From Euprymna scolopes (lineage: Eukaryota): DNA of 64,000 nucleotides. This document shows, one piece after another, positions 24,381-36,465 of the stretch. A model generated the notes under the pieces. The model ran no database searches and was not told where the DNA came from. It worked only from the letters and a program-made list of their open reading frames with translations. The stretch is from NCBI GenBank assembly GCA_053919585.1, contig CM132794.1; one strand, 5' to 3'. Numbering within the stretch: position 1 is the first letter of the stretch; the number at the start of each line of letters is the position of its first letter. Both the position numbers and the translations under genes were made by a program.

Positions 24381-25479
24381 CTCGAGTGGCTTTTGGCGTT
24401 GACAAGTGGTTGTCCCTTAGTATAAAAACGAACAACTACTCTTTGTCAGTTTCTCTTTCTCCTACCTTCCACATATTTAACACCCACTCACTGTATGATT
24501 GGTTACGGAGCTTCTCCCTTTCGGGCCGCCGAGGTTGGTCAAATGACATCTGGGTGGTCCGCATGTACGATCAAAAACGATGACTGATAAAATATTCACC
24601 AACTCCGAAAATCGTAAGAGTTGAATCCGTTGATCCACTAATTATCAGGAGATGCGAAAGCAGCAATCGCGACGAAGATAAGCAAAAATGGTGAAATAAT
24701 GAGAAAATGCTGGACAGCTTTAATGAAACTCAGCAAAAATAACAAACGCATTTGTTTCGCAGCGGCTTTCCATATGATTAAATGTCAAATGTCTTCACAC
24801 TGTAATCCTATTTTGGTTGCGAAACTAATCTTCTTTTGTACGTGCTTGTTTATTGTGGCACCGGGATTAGGGCCATCAAACTTTGGTTTCTAGCATAGAT
24901 GTAAAGTTCATTCCACCCACAACGGGCTACCCCGGGCAGACTACTCACACGGCAAAAGGTTGTGATTCAAGATTTGTAATTGCCTTACAGTTCAGACACA
25001 TTAGCATTAAACCCAACATTATATGATACCATTGTCTGTTTCCCTGAGTTATGGTTTCGTGTGTAATTACTTTACAGTTCAAACACATTGGCATTTAACC
25101 TAAATGCTACCACTTTTTTCCGAACAGTTCCATTATGCTTTGCAGTATAACTTATAACTGTGGCTATGACAACAGCATATTCTTCACATTGTATTAACTC
25201 TCGAGTGTGTATCCATTGATATCTTATATGCTTTTCTATAGAGTGGTGTGGTTCTCGGTTGATTAAGTGTGTCTTACTGTGTCGGATATATACTCGAGAG
25301 TCAAAACAATGAAAAGAATATGCTGTTGTCATAGCCCTACTAATTACAATTACTCAAGTTTCTCTATTCTACATTTTACAAATATGATGTCCAAGATGAT
25401 TGCGAAATCTAGTAAAATACCAATAATTTCTAATGCTGTAGTATCTAAATTCGAGTTATTTCCCCTCTTTTAAAAAATA

Positions 25480-25960
25480 TTTTGTTCTAGTTGTGTGTGG
25501 AGTATCCAGCCACATACCCAACATTCATTTGCCATCTCATACAGAGAAATCTTTCTAACATTCTAACTGCTCCTTTAAGTGTACTTGTCTGGTATGCCTC
25601 TTGCTCTTTGTTCACCGGGTATATTTGCTAGGTAGTTTAAAAAAATATTTATCGTGAGTCTGGTTGCTCCTATAATTACTGGAATGATGCAGGTCTTCCC
25701 ATGAATTTAATTTCTTTTCATGTCGTACATAAGACCTTGGGATTTCGTTTTTTTCCTCTCAGCTCCGTTTAACGCGACATCATTAGGGACACTGACTTCT
25801 ACTAAGTTTGCTACTTTCTCCCTTTTGCTCCAATATCACTATGTCTTGTTTAATAACTCTGTATATTTTTAAGGTACGTGCCAGTGGGAATTGCATAGTC
25901 ACCGTGGATAGTGTATCATTTATTTTCAACTGTTCTTTCTGGTATAGTTTCTAGAACGTG
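25480..25960 (-). mobile_element. R4/NeSL-like non-LTR element, restriction-like endonuclease remnant
   Basis: Minus strand QDIVI..ANLVEVSVPND..KTCIIPVIIGAT, similar to 62241-62621. Confidence 0.55.
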
Positions 25961-27376
25961 TTGCTGCATTCGATATTCAATTTAAATTTTGTTTATTTCC
26001 TTTGAAGATTGTAACACTGGGTATGGAGCAGCCAAGCCAGCTGCCAATATTGCCCAGCTTTTTATTGAAACCAACCGAGAGCTCTTTTTAGTATCCTCGT
26101 TTTTCCCTTAAGTGAAATTGTCTGGATCTCTTTTGCACTTGGTTCACCAGGAATATTAGTTAGGTAAAACTTAAGGTTCTTCTTCATAAACCCTGCCGCA
26201 TCTGGTATGATTGATATCTTCCTAAGATTCCAGAGAACTTTGTGTGAATGGTAAAATTAACACTTTCACTTTGTTTATCATTTGAACCAATACCTTCGGT
26301 GGATAGTTGGTTTTAGATATTCCTAGGAAAATTCTTTTTGGGATGAATATGAAAATAAAAACCGCCGACACTTATACTAACCTTTAACAAATGATTAACT
26401 TTTCTTAACAATGATTAAAGCTAAAATAAATTTAAGGCGAGATCAAAATTAGGAAAAAGATAGAAAATTCCATTCGAAGTCAAGATAGATGTATGGCGTA
26501 CAACGTCAAAGACAGGAAGTCTGACATGAGACGTGGCAATGAATAAAGAAAAATCTATCTGTTCGCTTTTTTTCGAAGCTTTGTTTTCTGCTGCTCTATT
26601 CAGGGAATGGGGAAGGGGGAATCTTACGCAAGGTGAAAAACAATAAAACACCTAAACAATATGACAGTATTGAGTGAATATGAGTTGGCGCTTTTCTTCT
26701 CTTTCTTTAAATCCATTATTAGAGCCACCAAGGATGAAGAGGTTTTTCTATCATTACAAGCAGAAAGGAGTAAACCGGAAACTCTATTGAGACACTACGG
26801 AGATAAGGTCACTACCACAAATATAAAGGGAGACAACTTATTCATTGAACATCTTCGTGTGAGAGAGATGAACGGCTATTCTTGTCGACGAAAAATATAT
26901 GTAGAGATCGGAGAAGCCCTCATGCTATGCTATAGAAAACTAATTATTTTATCTGCGATTGCACAAAAGGTATGCTATGGTTATAAACGATTGACAATTA
27001 TATGGTCTTGTAACAGACTGGACTAATTAGAATATCGAATGTTTCAGAAGTTAAATACTTCCTGGAACGACTAATGTGAATGTACAGTGTTTTTTTTATG
27101 GCAAGTCATGTAATTCATTTTTTCATGGGAAGTCATGTAAGTGTTACTAGACGTCCAGTACTCACGACAGTTCTGGTTGCGCCTTGTTTATGAGAACAGT
27201 GACGGAACTAATAAAAACAAGTTAAGAACAGGACAACTACAGACACATCATACGCTAGCCACTAAACTCGATATTACTTCATGAGTATCCTTTTCAGCCG
27301 GACTAAGACTGAAGACCCCCACCTTAATAAACGTATTAATTTGTCTTCATAAGAAGCTAATAAAAAAGACTTATCG

Positions 27377-27546
27377 GTTAATTTTTACAACGTGCCCCAT
27401 GTTAAGAACGGCTTTTGGAATAACCCTCAACCTCCTCAAGTTAAGAACGGCTTTCGAGGTTAGGGGATGTTTATTCCGAAATCCGCTCTTAACATGAGGA
27501 TGTTGGGGTGTTTATAATACGCTGGGGCACGCCGTAAAAATTAACC
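27377..27546. mobile_element. Small MITE-like inverted-repeat element
   Basis: ggttaatttttacaacgtgcccca / tggggcacgccgtaaaaattaacc, with internal repeats gttaagaacggcttt. Confidence 0.5.
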
Positions 27547-27585
27547 CAATTATCTTTGTGCTGTGTTCTCTCTTCGTTGCCAATA

Positions 27586-28089
27586 CTAGCAGGCTGCTCG
27601 GCGTTGCCCGATCGCAAAATACGCATAAAGATAATATTTTAATTCATAAAGATTTCTTATTTATTACTATAGAGCCAATTCTCTATTGATTATTATCAAA
27701 ATATATAGTATTGATTTCAAAAATTATGAAATAAACATGACTTGGCAGCCAGCCGGATAACCAGAACGATTAGCGCTCCAGCGTTGTTGCCCTTATGAGT
27801 TGTCAAGAGATTGATACGAAAGGTTAAAAATTAAGCGACATTGAGCAATGAATTTTAAATTTTAGCCATGCACAAAATTAACAGCAGTAATGTTTTATTC
27901 GACCAACCCTTCTAAAGTCAACTGTTTTATTTTCAATTTTTACCCATAAGCAGCAATTTTTGTCGCTAAAAAACAAATCGAAAGTGTGCTACAGGTTCAA
28001 ATACACTATATATAAAATTTCATCTCTGTAGACAAACTACTTAGACACGTGTTTAGTAGAGCCTTTTCGAACACACATCAACAAGGTTA

Positions 28090-28095
<6 letters not shown>
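27586..28095 (-). mobile_element. Non-autonomous Helitron-like element
   Basis: CTAG-caggctgctcggcgttgcccga 3' end. Related to the ends at 16043, 29031 and 47383. Confidence 0.6.
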
Positions 28096-28127
<32 letters not shown>

Positions 28128-28210
28128 TTTCAGAATGTGAGAGATTATAGATAATAAATTCCACAGCCAATCAACGTCGCAGCTCACAAGAGCCATGACA
28201 GTCAACGAAC

Positions 28211-28267
28211 CGGAAGTTCAAGACTCGAGTTTCGCCCTCATTTGGGTTCATCAGTTACATACTTCCG
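28211..28267 (-). ncRNA. Type I hammerhead ribozyme, inverted copy with weakened stems
   Basis: Minus strand cggaagtatgtaa-CTGATGA-accc-aaatga-gggc-GAAAC-tcga-GTC-ttgaacttccg. Confidence 0.7.
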
Positions 28268-28467
28268 AACTCAAGATTCGAAATAGATGTCTCACAAGTA
28301 GGAGTTTCAAGTACGATGCCATCAAGCAATGCTAACTTAACGAGCAATTAATGATAGGATTTTCAGAATGTGAGATATATATTATAAATTCCACAGCCAG
28401 TGTTTGCCTCAACAGTTAGCAAAGTGCTTGACTCGCATACAAGAGCTCGGATCTCGAATCCTGAGTT

Positions 28468-28524
28468 CGGATGTGTCTAACTGATGAGCCCAAATGAGGG
28501 CGAAACTCGAGTCTTGGACTTCCG
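28468..28524 (+). ncRNA. Type I hammerhead ribozyme (canonical core)
   Basis: cgga..gtctaa-CTGATGA-gccc-aaatga-gggc-GAAAC-tcga-GTC-ttggac-ttccg. Predicted cleavage after C28513. Confidence 0.85.
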
Positions 28525-28649
28525 GTTCGTTGACTGTCATGATTCTTGTGGGCTGCGACATTGTTAGGTTGTGGAATTTATCATATATATTTATATTTAA
28601 GATGAAAACGTGCTAGCACACGGATCTCTCTCTCTGTTTCTGTCTCTCT

Positions 28650-28702
<53 letters not shown>

Positions 28703-29030
28703 CTTCCGTGTGCTAGCACGTTTTCATCTTAAATTCTACGCTATTATGCAGAATGTAGAAACTATGCATAAATAGAATTCAGCAGAATAGTGTAATAGAA
28801 TCAATCATTATTGATTTTAATCAAACCCGTAAATATATGAATAAGTGATTAATTAACGCTCGTTTTTTCAAAGGAATAGGCAAATTAGTTAACCTCTGTA
28901 TAATCGCTCGCATATGCATATATATATGAAGAAGTTTCTTTAATTAATTTTCAAATAGAAAAATAATCCTTTAATATTGATGTCAGAGCGAAAAAAGAAA
29001 AACTCAACTTTATAGGTGTATAGATATATA

Positions 29031-30326
29031 CTAGCAGGCTGGCCGGCGTTGCCACGTAAGGAAATGACAGAAACACTAGAGGATGTCCTCCAATCTGTAG
29101 TGGAATGGGAACAAAAATGGATGGTCACATTCAATGCTGCCAAGACTAAGCTAGTTTCCTTCAATAACTACGAGAAACCTTCTCCTCCAACAATAACAAT
29201 GGCAAAGAACACATTACCCGAAAGTACTTTCTTTAAAATCCTTGGCCTAACGTTTACAGAGAATATGAATTGTAATAGATACATTGAGAACATTGCCAAG
29301 GCTGCTGCAAAAAAGGTGGGCTCCCTCTACCGTGCTAGAAAACTACTTACACCTGAAAGTATCCTGTACCTCTATACGGCCACCATTCACCCATGTATGG
29401 AGTACTGTTGTCACATTTGGGCTGGTGAATCTATTATTTGCCCTTCACTCCTGGACAGGGTTCAAAAGAGAGTCGCCAACCTGATAAGTCCTGAACTGTC
29501 ATCTAGGCTTCAGCCTCTGTTCCCTCGACGAAATGTTGCATCCCTCTGCCTGTTCTACAAGTACTTTAATGGTGAATGCTCTGACGAACTACAAGCACTT
29601 GTGCCTCCTCGACGTGATTACCCAGACAAACCCGACAAGCAGCTAAGTCCCACCCCTTCACAGTATAGATCCCTAGGTGTAAGAAGGCCTTCAACTCCAA
29701 TAGTTTTTTTCTCCAGAACTGCTAGACTTTGGAACTCCCTTCCAGGATTTTGCTATCCCAACTATACTGACATGCAGAAGTTCAAGTGTAATGTGAACAA
29801 ACATTTTGCTACTCAACTCCCTACATAACTTATATCCCACATAGTAACCACCTACTTTAAAGTCGCACTGTTCCTTGTTTGGGGTGAAAATTGATTAAAA
29901 AATATATAGTGTCAATTCCTGATTTATTATTATATATTATTAATATTTATTAAAATTTAAAATAATGACTTGGTGCAATCAGATAGAATCGAAACCAAAA
30001 TATTTAGCGCTACAGTGTTAGTAATTACGGTTTGAGCTATCGTCAAATCGATAAGAAAACGTACAACTCTAAGTGACTTTAACGTATAAATGTATATTCG
30101 CGCAATCGTACAAGAGCACTTCAAGTCGACTTACGTTTTCTAAGTTCCGTTTTTTTTTTCTCAATTTTAATCCATTAGCAGCTATTTTTACCGGCTAAAA
30201 AAGCAAATCGAATGGGTTTCACACGCCCAAATTCCCCACATATCAATTTTTTTTATCTGTAGACCAAATTTGAGAAGATAGTTTGGGAGAAACCGTTCTA
30301 CAGACAAACAGACAGACAGACAATGT

Positions 30327-30335
<9 letters not shown>
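29031..30335 (-). mobile_element. Helitron-like element interrupted by a LINE
   Basis: CTAG-caggctggccggcgttgcc 3' end. The body 29910-30335 is homologous to 27650-28095. Confidence 0.55.
29056..29902 (+). mobile_element. 5'-truncated CR1/L2-group LINE (RT C-terminus plus 3' UTR)
   Basis: ORF 29016-29828: EW..KWMVTFNAAKTK, KILGLTF, LYLYTATIHPCMEYCCHIW, RRNVASLCLFYKYF, FFSRTARLWNSLP. Ends ccttgtttggggtgaaaattgattaaaaaa. Confidence 0.9.
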
Positions 30336-30364
<29 letters not shown>

Positions 30365-30606
30365 GCGGTTTTAGCTGATATCAAAAGAAATGTATAGGAA
30401 AAATCCTTTTATAATTGTTTCAAATCCAAAATTCACTTAAGAAGAAGCATTTTGTATATCAACTTCCCACCAAAGATGCCTCTGCAAATCCGGTCCGTAA
30501 TCACAGTCACTCCTTACGTATTAGTAGCACTATGCCCTGTTTGGGGAGAAGTAAAAGCCTGTCAGCTTGTCTGTTACTTTCTCTTCTCAACACACACAAG
30601 TGCCCC

Positions 30607-30669
<63 letters not shown>

Positions 30670-31035
30670 TTGAAGTTTTTAACCTTTAAAACTATACAAA
30701 AATTACTTTTTATCATTCGTTAAAAAACCATCCAGTCAGTAAGTCATTTAATCACCTGCAATCACTGCATCAACTCTCTCGAATTTACTATAATACCAAT
30801 TTTTTTATTTTTCAAGGGATCATCAGTTGTTTACCATGAAACACTGTTTCGGGGATTTAAAAACAAAACAGTATATTACATCATGGCTCCCCAGCAGTGT
30901 TGATCAAACACCACCACCCTTAATCTTAGGAAGAAGACATGTTACAAACATTTGATCCAATTTCCTATTCTTAATTGCAATTACTAACCTTTTCATAGTA
31001 TAAAAATGAATTTCTTACCTGTGCGATATATATAC

Positions 31036-31460
31036 TAGTGTTGGGACAATTAATCGGAATCGGGAATTGGAAAAATCGGAGCGTTTTGGGGTATCGGAAT
31101 CGGAAAAATTAGAGTCTATTTCCCGATGCCAAAACCGCTTCCTTAAATTATCTCTTTTATATAATGTTGGTTTAAGATAGATCGTTCACTTTTTGGAGTA
31201 ATAATGAATAATGAAATAATAAATATTTATTGATTTTAAATTTCCAGTAAGGCTAAGATCTAGAGATCACCCCTCACAAATGTGTTTTATGTTTGAGAAA
31301 ATATAGACGCATTTAAGGTGTGTTTTTATGGTAACCGGGACAGAATAAAAATTTTATAGTTAAATATTTAGAGATTTATAAAGAATCGGAATCGGTAACT
31401 GTATCGGAATCGGGAATTTAGTACGGAATCGGTAATTGCATCGGAATCGGGAAAAATATT
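31036..31460. mobile_element. hAT-like MITE (inverted relative to the 16087 copy), runs into a gap
   Basis: Starts tagtgttgggacaattaatcggaatcggg. Confidence 0.7.
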
Positions 31461-33109
31461 NNNNNNNNNNNNNNNNNNNNNNNNNNNNNNNNNNNNNNNN
31501 NNNNNNNNNNNNNNNNNNNNNNNNNNNNNNNNNNNNNNNNNNNNNNNNNNNNNNNNNNNNNNNNNNNNNNNNNNNNNNNNNNNNNNNNTCTTTTTCATTC
31601 CAGAGTTTTGTTTTAGATTTTTTGTCATTAATATGAATTCAACTGAACGTTATAATACGCAGCAGCGGAGCAGCGGGAGTGGGTGGATGGGGGGAGGGAA
31701 ACACGAGGCGTACTTTGCCACAAAATTAGTTCTTCTGACCTAGAGGTAACGCAGGGAATATTTTGGCAGGAACAATGTACCTGATATTCAACACTTGGTG
31801 GCCAAATTACAGGAGGCAGGAAGTGTGCAGATGCCTTACAAAGATATCAGTGGTTAAAATTGTTCGGCCATAATTCCTGACAATATTCAGATTTTACGGG
31901 AAACGCGTTGAGGAATCCCCCAGAAAATCAACACGCACTTCTCTCACAAGGGATTAGCACTTCGAGAACATTAGTTTTTGAGGACCTTCTATAATTACCG
32001 TTATCTATTTCCCCCCAAAATTCAGATCTTGCGGAAACAAACCTATTGCAATAAACGAAGCCGAGAAATCTTTGAAGATATCAGTCAAATGATTGAAAAT
32101 GATCATGGCTTGCGTGATTTGATTATCTTTAGTGACGAGGCTCACTGTCACTTGAGTGATCATATCAACAAGCAGAATATGCGCTTCAGTGCTCAGACAT
32201 AGTCCCATGTGCATATCAATCATCCTCTTTGCCAACAAAAAGTGACTGTGTGTTGGACCACCGGAAGAAATGGCATTATCAGGCTATGCTTCTTTTAGTA
32301 GGAGAATAAGAATCAGGTGACAGTGCATACATATTGTTACATAGCACTCATGCGGACAAAGTTCATTCCTGTACTGATAAATTCAAAGAATACCAACCTC
32401 CCATCATTCAGCTACTATTTGATCAACATTTATTCAAAACATTTCCTCTGGGAAATATTTTAGATTAAAAAAGAAAATAGGATGTCAATGTCATTTTGGA
32501 CCACCCTATATATATATGTATAAAGCTGTGTGTATGTGTGTGTATGTGTGTGTGTGTGTCTGGTCACGAATAGGCTCCTATATGGTTGGCTATTTAAAAA
32601 AAACTGATTACATATAATGATAGAAGTTGTATCGAGACACAGGAATGCGTATATTTGATCTCGCAGAACGGTGGTTCATTAAAATTGTGGGGTCTGCGTT
32701 CGCGCCTGGTCCACAAAGTATGGAAATAAAAAATTTAAAAATTAAAAAAAAAAACGTTTGCAAGTGTTTTTGATATAGATGTACATAAGAATACTTTGAT
32801 AAGTATGTTTTACCTTAAATAGGGATGGTATAATAAAATTATGGGGTTTGCGTTCGCGCTTGGACTCCGTAGAATGGAAATAGGCACAAACTTTAATAAA
32901 GACTTTTCATATCTATCTGCGTAAGTATACTTTGATATTATGTTTCAGTTTGAAGAAATATGAATGGAAATATATCACAAAGTTTAACAAGTTTTTTTTT
33001 AATATAGATCCACAGAATATTGTGATAAGTGTTTCAGTGTGAACAGGTATGGTATAATAAATTATGGGGTTTATCTATTTTATTTTTACTTTCATCATAT
33101 TTTGCTTTG
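31437..33109 (+). repeat. Segmental duplication copy 2, including a mariner remnant at about 31589-32507
   Basis: Near-identical to 20329-22003. ORF 31978-32202 has FSDEAHCHLSDHINKQNMRF. Confidence 0.9.
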
Positions 33110-33242
33110 GTTTTGATACCCCCAAATTCGAAGCTATCTCTTTACAACTCTACCTTTTCATAACCTATCATACTTTAATAAATCAGAGTCCATTTTCTGT
33201 AGGCTGTTTTTGAACCCAGTCAACGCCGGGTACTTTTGCTAG
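32510..33242 (+). mobile_element. Non-autonomous Helitron-like element
   Basis: 3' cccagtcaacgccggg hairpin, then CTAG|T at 33239-33243. Internal ~150-bp repeats. Confidence 0.55.
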
Positions 33243-33245
33243 TAT

Positions 33246-33297
<52 letters not shown>

Positions 33298-33618
33298 GAA
33301 AAAATCTTATTATTGAAAATTACTTTAAATTTTTCAAAAAGACATAAAAAAAACTATAAGGAAGGTAATACAGAATTTTTAATTATCCGACAAGGAGATC
33401 AAATAAACTTGAAAGACCTTATTCCGCGGAGTTTCGAAAAATGCAACTCTTTTCATCAGAGGAAAGAGGTTTACAAAATATACAATACATTTTGCAGGTT
33501 AACGCATTAAAAGAAACTATTTGCATAAAAAAGTAAAAAATTATCAGTAAAAGTTAATAAAATTTCAAAATGATTATAAAAGCAAGAACAAGGAAAAAGT
33601 AGAAGTATAAAAGAATAT

Positions 33619-33872
33619 GGTAAAAATCCATTAAAAAAGAAGGTAAAATCCATTAAAAAAGAAGGTAAAATCCATTAAAAAAGAAGGTAAAAATCCATTA
33701 AAAAAGAAGGTAAAATCCATTAAAAAGAAGGTAAAATCCATTAAAAAAGAAGGTAAAATCCATTAAAAAAGAAGGTAAAATCCATTAAAAAGAAGGTAAA
33801 ATCCATTAAAAAAGAAGGTAAAATCCATTAAAAAAGAAGGTAAAAATCCATTAAAAAAGAAGGTAAAATCCA
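33619..33872 (+). repeat. Minisatellite, 21-23-bp unit (ggtaaaatccattaaaaaagaa), about 11.5 copies
   Basis: Directly visible tandem array without spacers. Confidence 0.95.
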
Positions 33873-34167
33873 GGAAGAACAGGAGGGGACGATTCCAATA
33901 TTTTTTTCGATTCCGATGCAATTACCAATTCATTACTAAATTCCTGAATCCGGTACAATTACCGATTCCGATTCTTTATAAATCTCTAAACATTTAACTA
34001 TGACATAGTTATTGTGTCTCGATTACCGTAAAAACACAACTTAAAAGTGCACGTATTTTCTCAAACATAAAAGCACATTTATGAGGGGTGATCTATATAG
34101 GTTTTAGTTTTTTTCTGGAAGTTTAAAATCAATAAATATTTATTATTTTATTATTACTACCAGCAGT

Positions 34168-34437
34168 TTGGTTGGTTATTTTTTTTACGGCATATCAACC
34201 CTTTTCGGATTATTTAATGCCGAATCCAAAGATTTTGAAGAATTTTTTTTAATAGAATATATTTATTGTCTTCAAGTCGGTTTCTATTTAACCCATAGTT
34301 GGGACATGACAAGGTACTACCACTCCGGGTCAGAGTGGACCTGGGAGCAATGGCAATTAAAGGGTGCCTCACACTCCCCCAAAGCCCGCAAGCTGGGGCC
34401 TCATCACTGGATATAGTTTAAGGTCATATCCAGGACC
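34168..34437 (-). mobile_element. SINE/LINE-tail retroposon inserted in a hAT-like MITE
   Basis: 12-bp TSD actacca(g/t)cagt at 34156-34167 and 34438-34449. Short (AACC)n tail on the minus strand. Confidence 0.6.
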
Positions 34438-34698
34438 ACTACCATCAGTAGAAGATTAAAAATATTGAAATAAAAAAAATATAATTAAAGCAATCGAATA
34501 ATTTCAAAAATTATAAAGGTTTATTAACATACATTTGAACAACTAAGGTGGTTAGATGTCTAACCGACTACACCGTATGTTACATATAATGTTATCACGT
34601 ATTCTAATCTTGGCAACACCGAGTAATCCTGATAACTATAACTAAAAATTAAATTCTGATTTGATATTGCTTTTAAATTTAATTAAAATCTTGCAAAA

Positions 34699-34887
34699 TT
34701 GTCACTTTCTGAGAATTTTACGGAGAATCTTAGTGATTTGAGTGAGGAACATGACGAGAAGTTCCATCAAGATATTTCAGGGAAGGAGAAAAGTTTTAAA
34801 GGAAAACGAAACCTTGGCATGTTAGCAGGTTACTGCTGGAATATAAAAAGAGAGGCTGACACTCAACAGATGAGGGCTAAAAGGTGA
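34699..34887 (+). pseudogene. DNA transposase C-terminal fragment, probably Chapaev3/CMC-like
   Basis: ENLSDLSEEHDEKFHQDISGKEKSFKGK..MLAGYCWNIKRE matches the recalled 'ENLGAVSDEHGERFHQDI..ME.RYQG..MLADYCW' motif. The superfamily assignment is from memory. Confidence 0.55.
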
Positions 34888-35065
34888 ATTGTTGTGTAAA
34901 CTGATAATTCTGTTTTTTTTTTATCTACAACCAATAAATACACCGAAACATGTACCGGAAATTTGTTGCATAGTGTTATTTAGGTGGTATCCTTTTAGAT
35001 GAGCAAAATGCCAATCGACGTTTTTATGTACCATAAAAGACAACCAACACCTGTTAATTATAGCA

Positions 35066-36465
35066 TCTATATATTAATACGACAACGTGTGTGTTATTTT
35101 CTGTGTCACGCTTACATCTGGGCCGTTTAATTGTTATGTACTTCCATTTCTTGTCATAAATAATTTTATCAAGAATTGTTCATAAGTTTTGGTTTCGGTT
35201 TCGATTATAGCTGATGACACTTAAGTCATCTATTTTTTTCATAAATAATTTTATCAAGAATTGTTCATAAGTTTTGGTTTCGGTTTCGATTATAGCTGAT
35301 GACACTTAAGTCATCTATTTTTTTCATAAATAATTTTATAAAGAATTCTTCATAAGTTTTGGTTTCGGTTTCGATTATGGCTGAAGGAACTCAAGTTTTT
35401 TTATATATACTAAACTACCTGTGACCCGTTGGGTTAGTATGTTACATTAGCTATGGAATTAATGTATAGCGTAACACTTGTAACGTAAAGAAAGTATTTT
35501 TTTGTGACATAACAGAAACATTTATATTAAAGTATATTAAAATGGAAAAATATAGATAAATTTCTATGAGTCGTTCTATTCATAATTGTTTATTTTTGAA
35601 AAAAAACAAAACTTACAGCCATTGAATTATAAGTGGTTTGCCATACTTATAGGTAAATGTACACTGAAAAGATACCATAATACTTAAAGTTAAATTCAAA
35701 TTTTGATATATCTTTTTATTTAAACGCGAATAAAAAAATGGGAGGCTGAAACGTACACATTAAAATAATACGTTGTATTGTCACGTTGATTATTTATTTG
35801 TAACGCAAATTAAAAAAAAACATATTTTCGGGGTTATTTATTTATGTTGGTGAGTATAGAAGAAAATGTATGAATGTTTTTAAAGAAAGGTGTAATAAAA
35901 AATGGAGAATAAATAAATAAAAATGAAGGCGGTGATTAAATCGCCGTTGTAAAATGCTCGTATGGTTGTCAACGGGTTAAAGTAGATTTATTTGTAAAAA
36001 TTACGTTAAAATAACTTAAACGTAATACGGAAATGAACGAAAATGCAGAAAGTATTAACAATTAGTTACTTGGATAATTTAAACGCAAAAAAAAACAATT
36101 GGAGCGCTGAAAACGAACACAGTAAAAGAATACGTTTGATTGTCGCGTTGATTATGTGTTTATGTACGCATGCGTAACCGGAAATCGCAAACCGGATGTT
36201 GGGTTACAACACGCGTTACAAGGTCATTTGAGTTTTATAACTATATATATATATTTTTTTCATAAGTTTTTATTTCGGTTTCGATTCAAACTAATGCACC
36301 CAAGTAATATGGATATATTTTTTTTTATTTTTTAAATCGCAACTTTATAATATATAAAAATCGATAGAACATTAATTCTATAATAATATATAGGAAATCT
36401 GCAATAATTAAAATATTATATTTAAGCGTACTTTACGACCGGGCTTTGCCGGGCGTTCGTGCTAG
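35066..36465 (+). mobile_element. Non-autonomous Helitron-like element with internal ~85-bp tandem repeats
   Basis: A|TCTATAT start. ccgggctttgccggg hairpin, then CTAG at 36462-36465. Three ~85-bp units at 35155-35400. Confidence 0.65.

Larger units (their letters stand above)
28125..28583. mobile_element. SM-alpha/retrozyme-like repeat: minus-strand unit (233-bp period) joined head-to-head to a plus-strand copy, each with a type I hammerhead
   Basis: Direct repeat gattttcagaatgtgaga..ataaattccacagcca at 28125 and 28358. Inverted homology of 28153-28280 with 28455-28583. Confidence 0.75.

Noticed and set aside
24600-25300. Pogo/Tigger-like transposase remnant (VISYTAKHNG)
   Set aside because: Only a weak HTH-like hint and a partial terminal motif, with no catalytic motifs recognised.
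26661-27026. 121-aa ATG ORF (also 16670-16939 and 40354-40569)
   Set aside because: No recognisable domain or splice context, and the length is compatible with chance or decayed repeats.
33619-33872. CRISPR-like regular array
   Set aside because: The units are contiguous with no unique spacers, there are no cas genes, and the context is eukaryotic. It is a minisatellite.
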